A stretch of DNA of 63,630 nt from an uncultured Pelagibacteraceae bacterium (GTDB taxonomy: Bacteria > Pseudomonadota > Alphaproteobacteria > Pelagibacterales > AG-422-B15), in contig CABWZX010000002.1 in assembly GCA_902510025.1 (NCBI GenBank), positions 1-63,630 of the forward strand. The letters are read 5' to 3'. Position 1 is the first letter of the stretch. Each line of letters opens with the position of its first letter. The position numbers were made by a program, and so were the translations under genes. Below the pieces are notes generated by a model, which saw only the letters and a program-made list of their open reading frames with translations, searched no databases and had not been told where the DNA came from. Positions 1 through 11,095 of this stretch are shown piece by piece.

Positions 1-589
1 AGCCCCAATAGCTTCCTGACTCCATTGCTCCAATTGTACTTTTTCCAATAATCTTTTCTGTTCTTTTAAATTCGATTAATGGAAGCAAAGCCGTTCCTTC
101 TGAAAGGGAGCTTAAAGAAAGATTAATTCCTGGGCAGATTAATCCGCCAGAATAAGCTCCATTGTTATTAATAACATCAAAAGTCGTAGCAGTTCCAAAA
201 TCTATTATAATTAGCGGAGGTTTATATCTATTCAAAGAAGCAATAGCGTTGATAATTCTATCGTCGCCTACTTCATATGGATTTTTCAGTTCTACTTTAA
301 TTAATCTTAAAAGATGATCAGTTGTAACTAAGATAATGTTCTTATCTTCATACATTTCTTCTATTAATAACTTTAAATTTAACATTGCTTGAGGAACAAC
401 TCCTGACAAAAGAATATTTCTAGATTCACTATTTACTAAATTTAAAAGTTCATTTCGTGTTTCATCGGTTATGTCTATCAATGGGATTTTAAGTGACTCA
501 GTTTTAATCCTTAACTGATCAACTATTATATTGTCCTTGATTTTTCCAAGAACTGCATTGGTATTTCCTACATCTATCGCTATTGGCAT
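1..589 (-). CDS. coaX: type III pantothenate kinase; N-terminal ~196 aa, C-terminus runs off the window start
   Basis: My own translation of the reverse complement from ATG at 589 gives MPIAIDVGNTNAVLGKIK...IIIDFGTATTFDVI...GGLICPGINLS...TALLPLIEF...IGKSTIGAMESGSYWG. These are the CoaX/ASKHA phosphate motifs (DVGNT, DFGTATT). The frame stays open to position 1. The gene lies 2 nt downstream of birA, a common birA-coaX pairing. Confidence 0.85.
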   Translation of the reverse strand, partial: MPIAIDVGNTNAVLGKIKDNIIVDQLRIKTESLKIPLIDITDETRNELLNLVNSESRNILLSGVVPQAMLNLKLLIEEMYEDKNIILVTTDHLLRLIKVELKNPYEVGDDRIINAIASLNRYKPPLIIIDFGTATTFDVINNNGAYSGGLICPGINLSLSSLSEGTALLPLIEFKRTEKIIGKSTIGAMESGSYWG

Positions 590-591
590 AT

Positions 592-1329
592 TTAATATTT
601 AAATGATAGTTCTCCTGAATTAAACCTCTTTATTTTATTGTTTATATTAATCTCAATCTCAAAATTCTTATTAATTGAAGATATCGTTCCAATATAGCTA
701 TCTTTTCCAGCTAAAAATTGAACTTCTTCATTTAACCTCCAAGCTTTTAATGTATATTCAGAGACTAAATCTTCTAATTCTCCACTTTCTATCTTACCTA
801 GATACTTATCTAGTGAAATTGAAAGCTGGGTTAATACAGGTTTCAAGTCTATTTCTTCTCCAATTATTGATTTTAATGAGCTGGTTGAATGATCCAGCTT
901 AGATGGAGAGGAGTTAACATTGATTCCTATCCCTATAATTGAGTAATTTAGATCAGTAGAAAGTGAGTTTTCAATTAATATTCCTGACAATTTAGAATCA
1001 TTGAATAAAATATCGTTTGGCCATTTAATTTTTAAAAAATGATCATCCTTTTTAAAATATTTAATACATTCAAACGTTGCAAGTGACACTGCACATGACA
1101 AAATTGGAAGATTTTTTATGTCAAAAGAAATTGGTAATATAAGAGAAGCAAAAAGATTACCTTTACTTGAAATCCATTTTTTTTCTCCTCTTCCTTTCCC
1201 ACTCGTTTGTTCATCGGCAATTATCCATAATGGAGTTGAAATCTTTTTTTTCCTGAGAAGACGTTGAGCTTCACTATTTGTGCTATCAACTTGTTTTAAG
1301 TTAATAATTTCACCATTTTTAATATCCAT
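592..1329 (-). CDS. birA: biotin-[acetyl-CoA-carboxylase] ligase, group I (no N-terminal HTH)
   Basis: 245 aa ORF. It carries the GKGRGEKKW biotin/ATP-binding motif (GRGRxGRxW family) and KIKWPNDI. Its length fits a catalytic-only BPL. Confidence 0.85.
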   Translation of the reverse strand: MDIKNGEIINLKQVDSTNSEAQRLLRKKKISTPLWIIADEQTSGKGRGEKKWISSKGNLFASLILPISFDIKNLPILSCAVSLATFECIKYFKKDDHFLKIKWPNDILFNDSKLSGILIENSLSTDLNYSIIGIGINVNSSPSKLDHSTSSLKSIIGEEIDLKPVLTQLSISLDKYLGKIESGELEDLVSEYTLKAWRLNEEVQFLAGKDSYIGTISSINKNFEIEININNKIKRFNSGELSFKY

Positions 1330-1337
1330 TCAAATTA

Positions 1338-2747
1338 TCAAAGTAAAGATCTTATTGTAAAATCAGCTATGTTTATTACTGGAGAAGGGTAAAAACAAAA
1401 TACAGTAATTAATACAGACGATGGATAAAACAAAAAATTAAGTGACTTGATTGAGAATCCATCAAACTTCTCTTGAGGTTCATCAAAATAAATTATCTTT
1501 ACTATGCGAAGATAATAAAATGCACCAACAACACTTGCTAGCACACCTATTATAGATAAAATAAACATATTGCTCTCAATTGCCGCCATAAATATATAAA
1601 ACTTGCCAAAGAACCCAGCTAAAGGAGGGATTCCGGCGAGAGAAAACATTGTTAAAGTTATCATTACTGATGCGAAAGGATGGTTTTTATATAAGCCTGA
1701 TAAATCAGAAATATTTTCAAAATATTCATCCTTTCTTTTCATAGAAAGAATAAAACTGAAGACAGCAATGTTCATTACCAGATAGATTAATAAATATATA
1801 ACCAAAGATCTAAGGCCTTCAGTGCTGACGCAAGCTACGCCAATCAAGGCATACCCAACATGCCCTATTGAACTATAGGCCATTAGCCTTTTAATGTTTG
1901 ATTGAGCGATTGCAGCAAAAGCTGCAAAAACCATTGAAGCTATCGAAATAAAAATAATAATTTGCTGCCAATCAAAATATATTTCACCAAATGAATTAAA
2001 TAAAAATCTTACTAGTAGGCCCATTGCGGCAATTTTTGGCGCTAATGCAAAAAAACCTGTTACAGGCGTTGGTGCGCCTTGATAAACATCGGGTGTCCAC
2101 ATATGAAAAGGAACAGCAGATACTTTAAATGCTAATCCAGCACATACAAATACAATTCCAATTAATAAGCCAAGACTCTGGGAATTGTAGTTTACTGCTA
2201 TTAAATTAAAATTAGTATTTCCTGTAAAACCATAAATATAAGAAATACCAAACAATAAAAGGCCAGATGAAAGTGCGCCTAAAATAAAATATTTGATTCC
2301 AGCTTCTGAAGATAAAAGACTATTTCTATTTAATGAAGCTAAAACATAAAGACTTAACGATTGTAACTCAAGTCCAACAAACATCGATAATAAATCATTG
2401 GAAGAAACCATGATCATCATTCCAATTGAAGCAAAGAGAATTAATATTGGAAATTCATATATATTAATATGTAAATCTTCATTGCTAGAATTAAACATTA
2501 TTAGACATGAAAGAGATCCAAGAAGAATCATTATTTTAAAAACTTGAGAAAATTCATCTACAATAAAGCTATTCTCAAGAATAGATTGAATAGGTTGGAA
2601 TAAAATTAGAATAAGGACGGCAATAATTAATATAATTGAAGCATTGTTTATTATTTTAATCTTTTTGATAAATAGACCTAGAATTAATAAAAAACACCCA
2701 CCTAAGAAAATAATGATTTCTGGCAATAAAGTTATAAACATCGACAT
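1338..2747 (-). CDS. nuoN: NADH-quinone oxidoreductase subunit N
   Basis: 469 aa polytopic antiporter-like protein. It is the last gene of a colinear nuoA-N operon, with typical FHMWTPDVYQGAP and LMAYSSIGH motifs. Confidence 0.9.
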   Translation of the reverse strand: MSMFITLLPEIIIFLGGCFLLILGLFIKKIKIINNASIILIIAVLILILFQPIQSILENSFIVDEFSQVFKIMILLGSLSCLIMFNSSNEDLHINIYEFPILILFASIGMMIMVSSNDLLSMFVGLELQSLSLYVLASLNRNSLLSSEAGIKYFILGALSSGLLLFGISYIYGFTGNTNFNLIAVNYNSQSLGLLIGIVFVCAGLAFKVSAVPFHMWTPDVYQGAPTPVTGFFALAPKIAAMGLLVRFLFNSFGEIYFDWQQIIIFISIASMVFAAFAAIAQSNIKRLMAYSSIGHVGYALIGVACVSTEGLRSLVIYLLIYLVMNIAVFSFILSMKRKDEYFENISDLSGLYKNHPFASVMITLTMFSLAGIPPLAGFFGKFYIFMAAIESNMFILSIIGVLASVVGAFYYLRIVKIIYFDEPQEKFDGFSIKSLNFLFYPSSVLITVFCFYPSPVINIADFTIRSLL

Positions 2748-2750
2748 CTC

Positions 2751-4232
2751 TTAACTCAACTTCCCTTGAATATTCTTAACTATATTAGAAGTAGCTGGTT
2801 CAATAATATCAATAACTGGCTTGGGGTAGATACCAATAAAAAAAGTTAAAAAAATTAATGGAACAAAAATTATTATTTCTTTTTTTGTCAAATCTAATAT
2901 GTCCATTAAATCATCTTTAACTAAAGCGCCAAAGATAACTTTTCTATACAGCCATAAAGAATAAGTTGCTGCCAATACAACCCCTGTTGTTGCAAAAACA
3001 GCAAAATACGTATTCACACTAAAAATTGAAAGTAATACTAGGAATTCTCCTACAAAGCCACTTGTTCCTGGCAACCCAAGACTTGCCAATATAAAAATCA
3101 TAAATGCAAAAGAATAAAAAGGCATTTTATTAACAAGCCCTCCATACCTTTCTATTTCTCTAGTATGTAATCTGTCATATACCACACCAACACATAAAAA
3201 TAATGCTGCTGATACAATGCCATGGCTTATCATTTGTATAACTGCACCTTCAATCCCTTGGAGTGTAAATGTGAAAATACCAAGTGTAACAAATCCCATA
3301 TGAGCTACTGAAGAATAGGCGATTAATTTTTTCATATCTTTCTGAACAAGCGCAATAAGAGATGTTGCGATTATTGCTATAATACTCAAAGTAAAAACCA
3401 TTGGAGCAAAGAATACTGAGGCATCAGGGAACATGCCTATAGAGAATCTAATAAAACCGTAACCTGCCATCTTTAACAAGACTCCAGCTAAAATAACAGA
3501 ACCTGCAGTTGGTGCTTCAACATGAGCATCTGGAAGCCATGTGTGGAATGGCCACATTGGAATTTTAACCATAAATGATGCAAAAAATGCTAGCCATAAA
3601 TAGAACTGTTCTGAATAAGTAAAATTGTAGCTAAGTAAATCAACAACATTTGTGGTTCCGGCTTCCCAGTAGATGTAAATAATAGCTAAAAGCATAAATA
3701 CTGATCCAGCTAAGGTATATAAGAAAAACTTAAAGGTAGAATAAACTCTTCTTTCTCCACCCCAGATTCCTATGATGAGGAACATTGGAATTAATCCACC
3801 TTCAAAAAATAAATAAAATAGGACTAGGTCTAATGAACAGAAGACACCAATCATAAATGTTTCTAATACTAAGAATGATATTAGATATTCTTTAACTGCA
3901 AATTGAATACTGTCATAGCTTGCGAGTATACAAATGGGCAAAAGAAGAGTTGTTAAAACTATTAATAGAATTGATATACCATCTACACCAAGATGATAAC
4001 TAATTGATGAATCTAACCAAAAATAGTGTTCAACAAATTGAAACTCTGGATTATTAAGATCAAAAGAAAACAATAAGGCTAGAGATGCAATAAAGTTCAA
4101 AAAAGATATCCATAAAGCTGTTTGTTTTAAGTTTCTCTCAGCGTTAGCATTATTCGCTCTAATTAAAGACATGAACAATATTCCTAAGATTGGAATAGCA
4201 AGAAGAGTGCTGAGTATAGGAAAATCAATCAT
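2751..4232 (-). CDS. nuoM: NADH-quinone oxidoreductase subunit M
   Basis: 493 aa antiporter-like subunit with WPFHTWLPDAHVEAPTAGSV and LIAYSSVAHMG motifs. It sits between nuoL and nuoN. Confidence 0.9.
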   Translation of the reverse strand: MIDFPILSTLLAIPILGILFMSLIRANNANAERNLKQTALWISFLNFIASLALLFSFDLNNPEFQFVEHYFWLDSSISYHLGVDGISILLIVLTTLLLPICILASYDSIQFAVKEYLISFLVLETFMIGVFCSLDLVLFYLFFEGGLIPMFLIIGIWGGERRVYSTFKFFLYTLAGSVFMLLAIIYIYWEAGTTNVVDLLSYNFTYSEQFYLWLAFFASFMVKIPMWPFHTWLPDAHVEAPTAGSVILAGVLLKMAGYGFIRFSIGMFPDASVFFAPMVFTLSIIAIIATSLIALVQKDMKKLIAYSSVAHMGFVTLGIFTFTLQGIEGAVIQMISHGIVSAALFLCVGVVYDRLHTREIERYGGLVNKMPFYSFAFMIFILASLGLPGTSGFVGEFLVLLSIFSVNTYFAVFATTGVVLAATYSLWLYRKVIFGALVKDDLMDILDLTKKEIIIFVPLIFLTFFIGIYPKPVIDIIEPATSNIVKNIQGKLS

Positions 4233-4234
4233 AA

Positions 4235-6157
4235 TCAGAATTTAAAAATAAAAAATGTTATTAATAGAGAGAGGCCAATTAAAATAGCAAATGCATAATG
4301 ATAAATATATCCGGATTGAATCTTTTTGGCACGATTAGAAAGATTGATTGCCAATGAAGCTATGCCATTTGGTCCAAATCCATCAATAATATATTCGTCT
4401 AAAAATTTCCAAAGAATCTTGCCAGTCCAAATTGCAGGTCTCACTAATAAGAAATTATATAGTTCATCAAAATACCATTTATTTAGAAGAAATTCATATA
4501 AAGGCTTATTCATTTTTGCTATGTCAGATGCTAGCTTTGTATTCTTGATGTACATATACCAGGCAATAAACAGACCAAGAAACCCAAGTACAATTGGCAA
4601 GTAGTAAATATAAAATGGAATATGATGATGTTCTTCATGATGTACTATTATTGAGTGATCCCAGAAAGATTCACTGTAATCACCTATAAAGTAATTCTTG
4701 AATAAAAATCCAAAAAGTAATGCGCCCAATGCCAAAATCATTAGCGGAACAGTCATAACCCCTGAAGATTCATGAACTTTTGAATATTTTTCTTCATCCA
4801 TTCTTGTTTTTCCGTTGAATACAAGAAATATAAGTCTCCAAGAATAAAAAGATGTCATTACAACTCCTGCAGTTATAAGTAGATAGGCATAAGTAGAAAA
4901 ACTTGAATGAGAAAGATACGCAGTTTCAATAATTGCGTCCTTTGAATAAAAACCAGATGTAAATGGGAAACCCATTATAGAAATAGTTCCTACAAGCATC
5001 ATTAGATGAGTAATTGGTATAAAGGTACCGATACCTCCCATTTTTCTTATGTCTTGTTCTTCATGTACTGCATGTATAACGGAGCCTGCCCCTAGAAAAA
5101 GTAATGCTTTAAAGAATGCGTGAGTAAACAAATGAAACATTGCTGCACCATAAGCACCAAGCCCAGCTGCTACAAACATGTAACCTAGCTGACTACATGT
5201 TGAATAAGCTATTACTCTTTTAATATCATTTTGAACTAAACCTATAGTTGCAGCAAAAAATGCCGTTGAAGCCCCTATGAAGGTTACAAATCCCATAGCT
5301 GAAGGTGAAATATCAAACAAAGGAGAGCATCTAACCACTAGAAACACACCTGCTGTAACCATAGTAGCTGCGTGGATTAAAGCTGAAACTGGTGTTGGAC
5401 CTTCCATTGCATCAGGTAACCAAGTATGAAGAAAAAGTTGTGCTGACTTACCCATGGCACCAATAAATAACAAGTAACAAATTAAGTTAATTGCATTTAA
5501 CTCATAACCAACAAAATAAATTGTTACATCTTTATATTTCTCAGCAGCATTAAAAACAATTTCGTAATCAATTGAACCAAAAATTATAAATATTGCAAAA
5601 ATAGCTAATGCAAGTCCAAAATCACCTACTCTATTAACAATAAATGCTTTTATAGCAGCAGAATTGGCTGAAGGTTTTCTATACCAAAATCCTATTAATA
5701 AGTATGAGGCAAGACCAACACCTTCCCATCCAAAAAATAATTGCAGGAAATTATCTGCTGTTACCAACATAATCATTGCAAAAGTAAACAAAGATAAATA
5801 CCCCATAAATCTTGGAATACTTTCATCGTGAGACATATATCCAATTGAATAAATATGAACTAATGCAGAAACAAAAGTAATAACGACTAACATTACTCTT
5901 GTAACCGTATCAAGATATATAGACCAGCTTGCCTCAAATGAACCTGAATATATCCAGGTAAAAATTTCTAGACTTAAGATTTTTGGATTAACCATATTGT
6001 CTACAAAGATATAAAATGAAAAGATTGCACTAATCACAATAAATGATGACGTAATTATCTGTGAGGCTAGATCTATTGAGCTATTTTTCTTAAAAAAAGA
6101 TAATATCGAAGATATTAAAAAGCCAATTAATGGCAGAATAACTATGCTATATGCCAT
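4235..6157 (-). CDS. nuoL: NADH-quinone oxidoreductase subunit L
   Basis: 640 aa with FGWEGVGLASYLLIGFW and HTWLPDAMEGPTPVSALIHAATMVTAG motifs. A long C-terminal extension is typical of NuoL. Confidence 0.92.
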   Translation of the reverse strand: MAYSIVILPLIGFLISSILSFFKKNSSIDLASQIITSSFIVISAIFSFYIFVDNMVNPKILSLEIFTWIYSGSFEASWSIYLDTVTRVMLVVITFVSALVHIYSIGYMSHDESIPRFMGYLSLFTFAMIMLVTADNFLQLFFGWEGVGLASYLLIGFWYRKPSANSAAIKAFIVNRVGDFGLALAIFAIFIIFGSIDYEIVFNAAEKYKDVTIYFVGYELNAINLICYLLFIGAMGKSAQLFLHTWLPDAMEGPTPVSALIHAATMVTAGVFLVVRCSPLFDISPSAMGFVTFIGASTAFFAATIGLVQNDIKRVIAYSTCSQLGYMFVAAGLGAYGAAMFHLFTHAFFKALLFLGAGSVIHAVHEEQDIRKMGGIGTFIPITHLMMLVGTISIMGFPFTSGFYSKDAIIETAYLSHSSFSTYAYLLITAGVVMTSFYSWRLIFLVFNGKTRMDEEKYSKVHESSGVMTVPLMILALGALLFGFLFKNYFIGDYSESFWDHSIIVHHEEHHHIPFYIYYLPIVLGFLGLFIAWYMYIKNTKLASDIAKMNKPLYEFLLNKWYFDELYNFLLVRPAIWTGKILWKFLDEYIIDGFGPNGIASLAINLSNRAKKIQSGYIYHYAFAILIGLSLLITFFIFKF

Positions 6158-6160
6158 CTA

Positions 6161-6466
6161 CTACCCTTTAAGTGCACTTATTTTTTCTATCTCAATATTC
6201 CCTGCATTCCTATTATAAATCACAAGGATGGCAAGTCCGATAGCAGCTTCTGCAGCAGCAACAGTTAAAACAAATAATGAAAATATTTGGCCAGTCAAAT
6301 CGTTTAAGAAGTATGAGAAAGCAATGAAATTAATATTTACAGAAAGCAAAATGAGTTCAATGGACATCAATATAATTATCACATTTTTTCTATTAAGAAA
6401 TATTCCAATCACCCCTATAGTAAATAGAATGGCAGAGAGTACTAGAAATTGATTAAGTTCAATCAT
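6161..6466 (-). CDS. nuoK: NADH-quinone oxidoreductase subunit K
   Basis: 101 aa, three TM helices, [11 protein letters not shown] motif, position in the operon. Confidence 0.9.
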   Translation of the reverse strand: MIELNQFLVLSAILFTIGVIGIFLNRKNVIIILMSIELILLSVNINFIAFSYFLNDLTGQIFSLFVLTVAAAEAAIGLAILVIYNRNAGNIEIEKISALKG

Positions 6467-7080
6467 TAAATATCTACGCCTTCTCTAGATTTAACTTCTT
6501 TAAGTTCTATTTGACTTGACCTCTCTAATTGCTTAAGAATTGATTGTCTTTTGACTCCCTCTCTATCTCTTAATGTAAGAACGATTGAGCCTATCATTGC
6601 AACCAACAAAATAATTCCGGATACTTGGAAATAAAGAATGTAATCTGTATATAAAATGGAACCTATAGCTTCTGTATTGGTGAGGTTTCCAAAATTACTT
6701 AATGGATTTGTTAAGATTTGAATATTTTTTAGGTCTAACTTTGTATTGATCAATACAATGATTAGTTCTGAAATAAAAACCATACCTACAAATAGTCCTA
6801 TTGGCATGTACTGTAGTATATTTGATTTCTCTAAGCCTGTTCTAAAATCAAGCATCATAACAACAAATAAGAAAAGGACAGCTACAGCTCCCACATATAC
6901 AATAATTAATATCATTGCTAAAAATTCAGCATGCAAGATAACAAAGAGACCTGCCGCATTAAAAAAAGCTAAGATAAGAAATAAAACAGAATGGACAGGA
7001 TTTCTTGATGAAATTACCATTAAAGATGAAAGCAGGATTACTGCTGAAAAAATATAAAAAGATAATAAAGAAGCTGTCAT
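6466..7080 (-). CDS. nuoJ: NADH-quinone oxidoreductase subunit J
   Basis: 204 aa membrane protein. [20 protein letters not shown] and [18 protein letters not shown] are typical of NuoJ. Position in the operon agrees. Confidence 0.88.
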   Translation of the reverse strand: MTASLLSFYIFSAVILLSSLMVISSRNPVHSVLFLILAFFNAAGLFVILHAEFLAMILIIVYVGAVAVLFLFVVMMLDFRTGLEKSNILQYMPIGLFVGMVFISELIIVLINTKLDLKNIQILTNPLSNFGNLTNTEAIGSILYTDYILYFQVSGIILLVAMIGSIVLTLRDREGVKRQSILKQLERSSQIELKEVKSREGVDI

Positions 7081-7086
7081 AATTTT

Positions 7087-7575
7087 TTATCGATACTTAG
7101 CATCAAGTTTTAAATTTTCAGATATCGCAGATTCCCAACGATCTCCATTATCCAATAGTTTCTCTTTTGTATAATAAAGTTCTTTTCTAGTTTCAGTTGC
7201 AAATTCAAAATTGGGGCCTTCTACAATTGCATCTACTGGACAAGATTCTTCGCATAATCCACAATAAATGCATTTAACCATATCAATATCGTATCTCGTT
7301 GTTCTTCTTGTTCCATCTTGTCTTGGTTCTGTTTCAATAGTAATTGCCTGAGCGGGGCATACAGCTTCACATAATTTGCATCCTATACATCTTTCTTCTC
7401 CACTCGGATATCTCCGTAGCGCATGCTCACCTCTAAATCGTGGACTTAATTTCCCTCTTTCAAATGGATAATTTATTGTTGCTTTGCTTCTAAAAAAATA
7501 TTTTTGAGCTAAATAGAAAGCTTTCATGAAATCTATTAAGAGAAATGCTTTAATGAAATTAATTATTCTCATCAC
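7087..7575 (-). CDS. nuoI: NADH-quinone oxidoreductase subunit I (2x[4Fe-4S] ferredoxin type)
   Basis: 162 aa with two CxxCxxCxxxCP motifs ([24 protein letters not shown]). Confidence 0.93.
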   Translation of the reverse strand: MMRIINFIKAFLLIDFMKAFYLAQKYFFRSKATINYPFERGKLSPRFRGEHALRRYPSGEERCIGCKLCEAVCPAQAITIETEPRQDGTRRTTRYDIDMVKCIYCGLCEESCPVDAIVEGPNFEFATETRKELYYTKEKLLDNGDRWESAISENLKLDAKYR

Positions 7576-8588
7576 ATTCCTGGAGCCAAGTTAAAAAAGA
7601 ATAATATTGATGATGTTAAGACTACGGCAAGTAAAGAAATTGGAAGAAAAACCTTCCATCCAAGTCTCATTAATTGATCATATCTATATCGCGGAACAAA
7701 AGCTTTAACCATTGCAAAAATATAGAATACAAAAGTTATTTTTATTACAAACCAGATAAATCCAGGTATTTCGTTTAATGGGAAAATATCAAAAGGAGGT
7801 AGCCATCCACCAAGAAATAAAATTGTTGTCAATGCACACATTAATAAAATATTTATATATTCACCAAACATAAAAAGTACGAATGGCATTCCAGAATATT
7901 CAGTTTGATAACCCGCAACTAATTCTGACTCAGCTTCAGGTAGGTCGAAAGGTGGTCTGTTGGTTTCTGCTAAAGCAGAAATAAAAAAAATAATAAACAT
8001 TGGAAATAATGGAATAAAAAACCATAGATTTTTTTGAGCCATAACTATTTCGCTTAAATTTAGTGATCCAACGCACATCAATACTGTAACCAAGACAAAA
8101 CCTATAGAAACTTCATATGAAACCATTTGAGCAGCAGAACGAAGAGCTCCAAAAAAAGGATATTTACTATTTGAGGCCCAGCCTGCCATCAATATCCCAT
8201 AAACTCCAAGTGAACTTATTGCGAATATGTATAAAATTCCTACATTAATATTTGATAAAACAACTCCAGCCTGTACTGGAACTACAGCCCATGCTGCAAT
8301 GGAAAGTGCCAAGGTAAGTATTGGAGCAATTAAAAAAACAACTTTATCTGACCCATCTGGAATTATTATTTCTTTAAAAATGAATTTTAATCCATCGGCA
8401 GGTACCTGGAATAATCCATAGGGACCTACAACATTTGGCCCTCTTCTTTTTTGAACAGCCGCCCATATTTTTCTATCTGCATATAAAGCAAACACAACGC
8501 CTAAAAGCAAAGGAATGAAAATTAAAATACAATATAAAACGATAACCAATATATCAATAATGTATGTTTGTAAAAAACTTAACATCAA
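7572..8588 (-). CDS. nuoH: NADH-quinone oxidoreductase subunit H
   Basis: 338 aa polytopic protein with [14 protein letters not shown] and [20 protein letters not shown] motifs. ATGA overlaps with both neighbours. Confidence 0.93.
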   Translation of the reverse strand: MMLSFLQTYIIDILVIVLYCILIFIPLLLGVVFALYADRKIWAAVQKRRGPNVVGPYGLFQVPADGLKFIFKEIIIPDGSDKVVFLIAPILTLALSIAAWAVVPVQAGVVLSNINVGILYIFAISSLGVYGILMAGWASNSKYPFFGALRSAAQMVSYEVSIGFVLVTVLMCVGSLNLSEIVMAQKNLWFFIPLFPMFIIFFISALAETNRPPFDLPEAESELVAGYQTEYSGMPFVLFMFGEYINILLMCALTTILFLGGWLPPFDIFPLNEIPGFIWFVIKITFVFYIFAMVKAFVPRYRYDQLMRLGWKVFLPISLLAVVLTSSILFFFNLAPGM

Positions 8589-11095
8589 GACGCCTTTTCC
8601 TTTAATGGATTTCTAATTTGAATTCTTGCTCTACTACATTCAGCCATTGTACTTGAATGTCTTGAGATGGAGTCATTAATATAAAAATCACTGATACTTA
8701 ATGACAAATTTTTATTTTCAAAATAAATTTCTTTTGGCTTTGCGTAATAAGCCTCCTGATTATCATTGATTACAACTATACCTTCAGGCGTAAAGTTTGC
8801 ATCATCTGCAAGGCCTATTAGATTATTCTTATTTCTTTTTGTATAAGCCCATTTTTTTTGATTATAAGTTAGGTCATCCCATGTTTTACCAAGACTTTGC
8901 GCATATTGTTCCTCATAAGGTAAAATGATGTTATTTTTCTTTTTAATATCGTTAACGACTTTAAATCCAAAATTTTCAGTAAATTCTAACCACGTTTCAG
9001 GATAATTATATTTTCTAAGATATTCTCTTTGTCTGTCATTAAGGTTTTGCCATTTAGAATTAAATACTTTTTGTGAAGAGTTTTCTTCGAAGTTTTTTAT
9101 ATTGCCGTGTTGGGTATCATATTTTTTTTCTTTAATTGTCCTTATATCTTTTGAATCTATTTCTATTTCATCTTTTGATTTATTTTCTAGAAGTTTTGTA
9201 AAAATATTTACCTGTTCGTTAAAATCTTCGGACAGATGAGGGAAATCATTAAATAGTGATGTTCTTACATCTAATAAATCAATAAATGACCATCCTAATT
9301 CCAATAATTCGCTGACCTGATTTATAATTTTCCAGTCTTCTTTTCCATCTCCAGGAGGAAAGTTTGCTTTATTAGCAAATTGAAGTCTCCCTTCTGTATT
9401 AATGTAAATAGCGTCTTTTTCAGTATATGCTGCTGAAGGCATGATAATGCTTGCAGCATTTGCTCCCCTATCGCCATGAGTGCCAACATAAGCAATCTGA
9501 CAATTCTTAAACTCTTTGTAATTAATTTCATCTGCGCCAATTGATAAAACAAGCTTATATTTACCATTACGTGCATCTTTATAAATATCCTCCAAAGACC
9601 TGTTCTTTTGAAAACATCCAACATCTAATGTGCCAGCTCTAGATGCAGTTAATTGTAAAACATTAAACCCATTCCAATCATCTTGAATTATACTAAACTT
9701 ATCAGTAAATGTTTCTAGCAATGAGTAAATTTGCATTGAATCGTTCCTGTTTAGAAGAGACTGACCAATAATAATCATGGGTTTATTTGCTGCTGATAAT
9801 TTTTTGAAAAAATTATTTTTTTCATTTAACAGATCTGTTAATATATTTACATCATTTCCTAAATGTTCGTATTTGTATGTGAGGTCAATTTCTTCACCAA
9901 TTAAAGCAACGGGTATATTCTGAGATAAAGTTCTTTTTCTTATTCTTGAATTGATAATCGACGCTTCCTCTCTAATATTGCTTCCTATTATCAATATGCA
10001 ATCAGTCTCATCTATCCCACTTATTTTGGAATTGAATAAATATTGAGACCTATGATTAAAAGGAATCTTGCAGCCCTCTTGCCTGCATTCTATTGATTTT
10101 ATATTTAAGCTGTCAGATAATTTTTTTGATAGATATGCTGTTTCTAGATCAACAAAATCACCAATCAAAAATGCGATTTCATCTGAATTAGTTTCTTTTA
10201 AAAGTCTCTTTAACTCAAACAAAGCAGTGTTCCAATCGCTTTCAATTAATTTACCATTTTGTTTAATTAGTGGAGTATCTATTCTTTGATTTAATAGCCC
10301 ATCACATGCATATCTAGTCTTATCAGAAATCCATTCTTCATTAATATCTTCATTGAGAACAGGTAGAACTCTTTTAACTTTCCAACCATATGTATCAACT
10401 CTTATGTTAGAACCTACAGCATCCATCACATCAATTGTTTCCGTCTTTTTTAGTTCCCATGGCCTAGCCTCAAACTGATATGGTTTTGAAGTCAAAGCTC
10501 CAACAGGGCATAAATCTATAATGTTTGCCGAAAGTTCAGAATCTATTGTTTTTTCAAGATAAGTTGTAATCTCAGTATCTTCACCTCTATTTATAGCTCC
10601 TAGCTCATTAACCCCAGCAACCTCATCTGCAAAACGAATACATCTTGTGCAGTGAATACATCTTGTCATGTATGTTTTTATGAGTGGCCCCATATGTTTT
10701 TCATTCACGGCTCTCTTATTTTCATCGAAACGTGAATTTGCTGGACCATAAGCAATTGTTTGATCTTGAAGATCGCATTCTCCGCCTTGATCGCAAACTG
10801 GGCAATCTAATGGATGGTTAATTAGTAAAAATTCCATTACTCCTTCTCGTGCTTTTTTTACGGAAGGGGTGTTCGTGTGAATTGACATTCCCTCACTAAC
10901 AGGCATGGCACAAGACGCAACAGGTTTAGGAGAACCTTCTACATCTACTAAGCACATTCTACAATTGCCTGCTATAGAGAGACGATCATGATAGCAAAAT
11001 CGAGGTACTTCCTTTTCAGCATGTTCACATGCCTGTAAAATTGTTAGATCATCTCTAACTTCATACTCGCTATTGTTAATTTTAATTTTTACCAT
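8585..11095 (-). CDS. nuoG: NADH-quinone oxidoreductase subunit G, unusually long (836 aa) because of an internal C-terminal insertion
   Basis: N-terminal 2Fe-2S region ([15 protein letters not shown]), [17 protein letters not shown] and [10 protein letters not shown] / CPVGALT 4Fe-4S motifs, a molybdopterin-oxidoreductase-like body, and the conserved C-terminal DFY..D.I.R.S.TMAECS. An extra K/N-rich segment sits before that last motif (see findings). Confidence 0.92.
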   Translation of the reverse strand: MVKIKINNSEYEVRDDLTILQACEHAEKEVPRFCYHDRLSIAGNCRMCLVDVEGSPKPVASCAMPVSEGMSIHTNTPSVKKAREGVMEFLLINHPLDCPVCDQGGECDLQDQTIAYGPANSRFDENKRAVNEKHMGPLIKTYMTRCIHCTRCIRFADEVAGVNELGAINRGEDTEITTYLEKTIDSELSANIIDLCPVGALTSKPYQFEARPWELKKTETIDVMDAVGSNIRVDTYGWKVKRVLPVLNEDINEEWISDKTRYACDGLLNQRIDTPLIKQNGKLIESDWNTALFELKRLLKETNSDEIAFLIGDFVDLETAYLSKKLSDSLNIKSIECRQEGCKIPFNHRSQYLFNSKISGIDETDCILIIGSNIREEASIINSRIRKRTLSQNIPVALIGEEIDLTYKYEHLGNDVNILTDLLNEKNNFFKKLSAANKPMIIIGQSLLNRNDSMQIYSLLETFTDKFSIIQDDWNGFNVLQLTASRAGTLDVGCFQKNRSLEDIYKDARNGKYKLVLSIGADEINYKEFKNCQIAYVGTHGDRGANAASIIMPSAAYTEKDAIYINTEGRLQFANKANFPPGDGKEDWKIINQVSELLELGWSFIDLLDVRTSLFNDFPHLSEDFNEQVNIFTKLLENKSKDEIEIDSKDIRTIKEKKYDTQHGNIKNFEENSSQKVFNSKWQNLNDRQREYLRKYNYPETWLEFTENFGFKVVNDIKKKNNIILPYEEQYAQSLGKTWDDLTYNQKKWAYTKRNKNNLIGLADDANFTPEGIVVINDNQEAYYAKPKEIYFENKNLSLSISDFYINDSISRHSSTMAECSRARIQIRNPLKEKAS

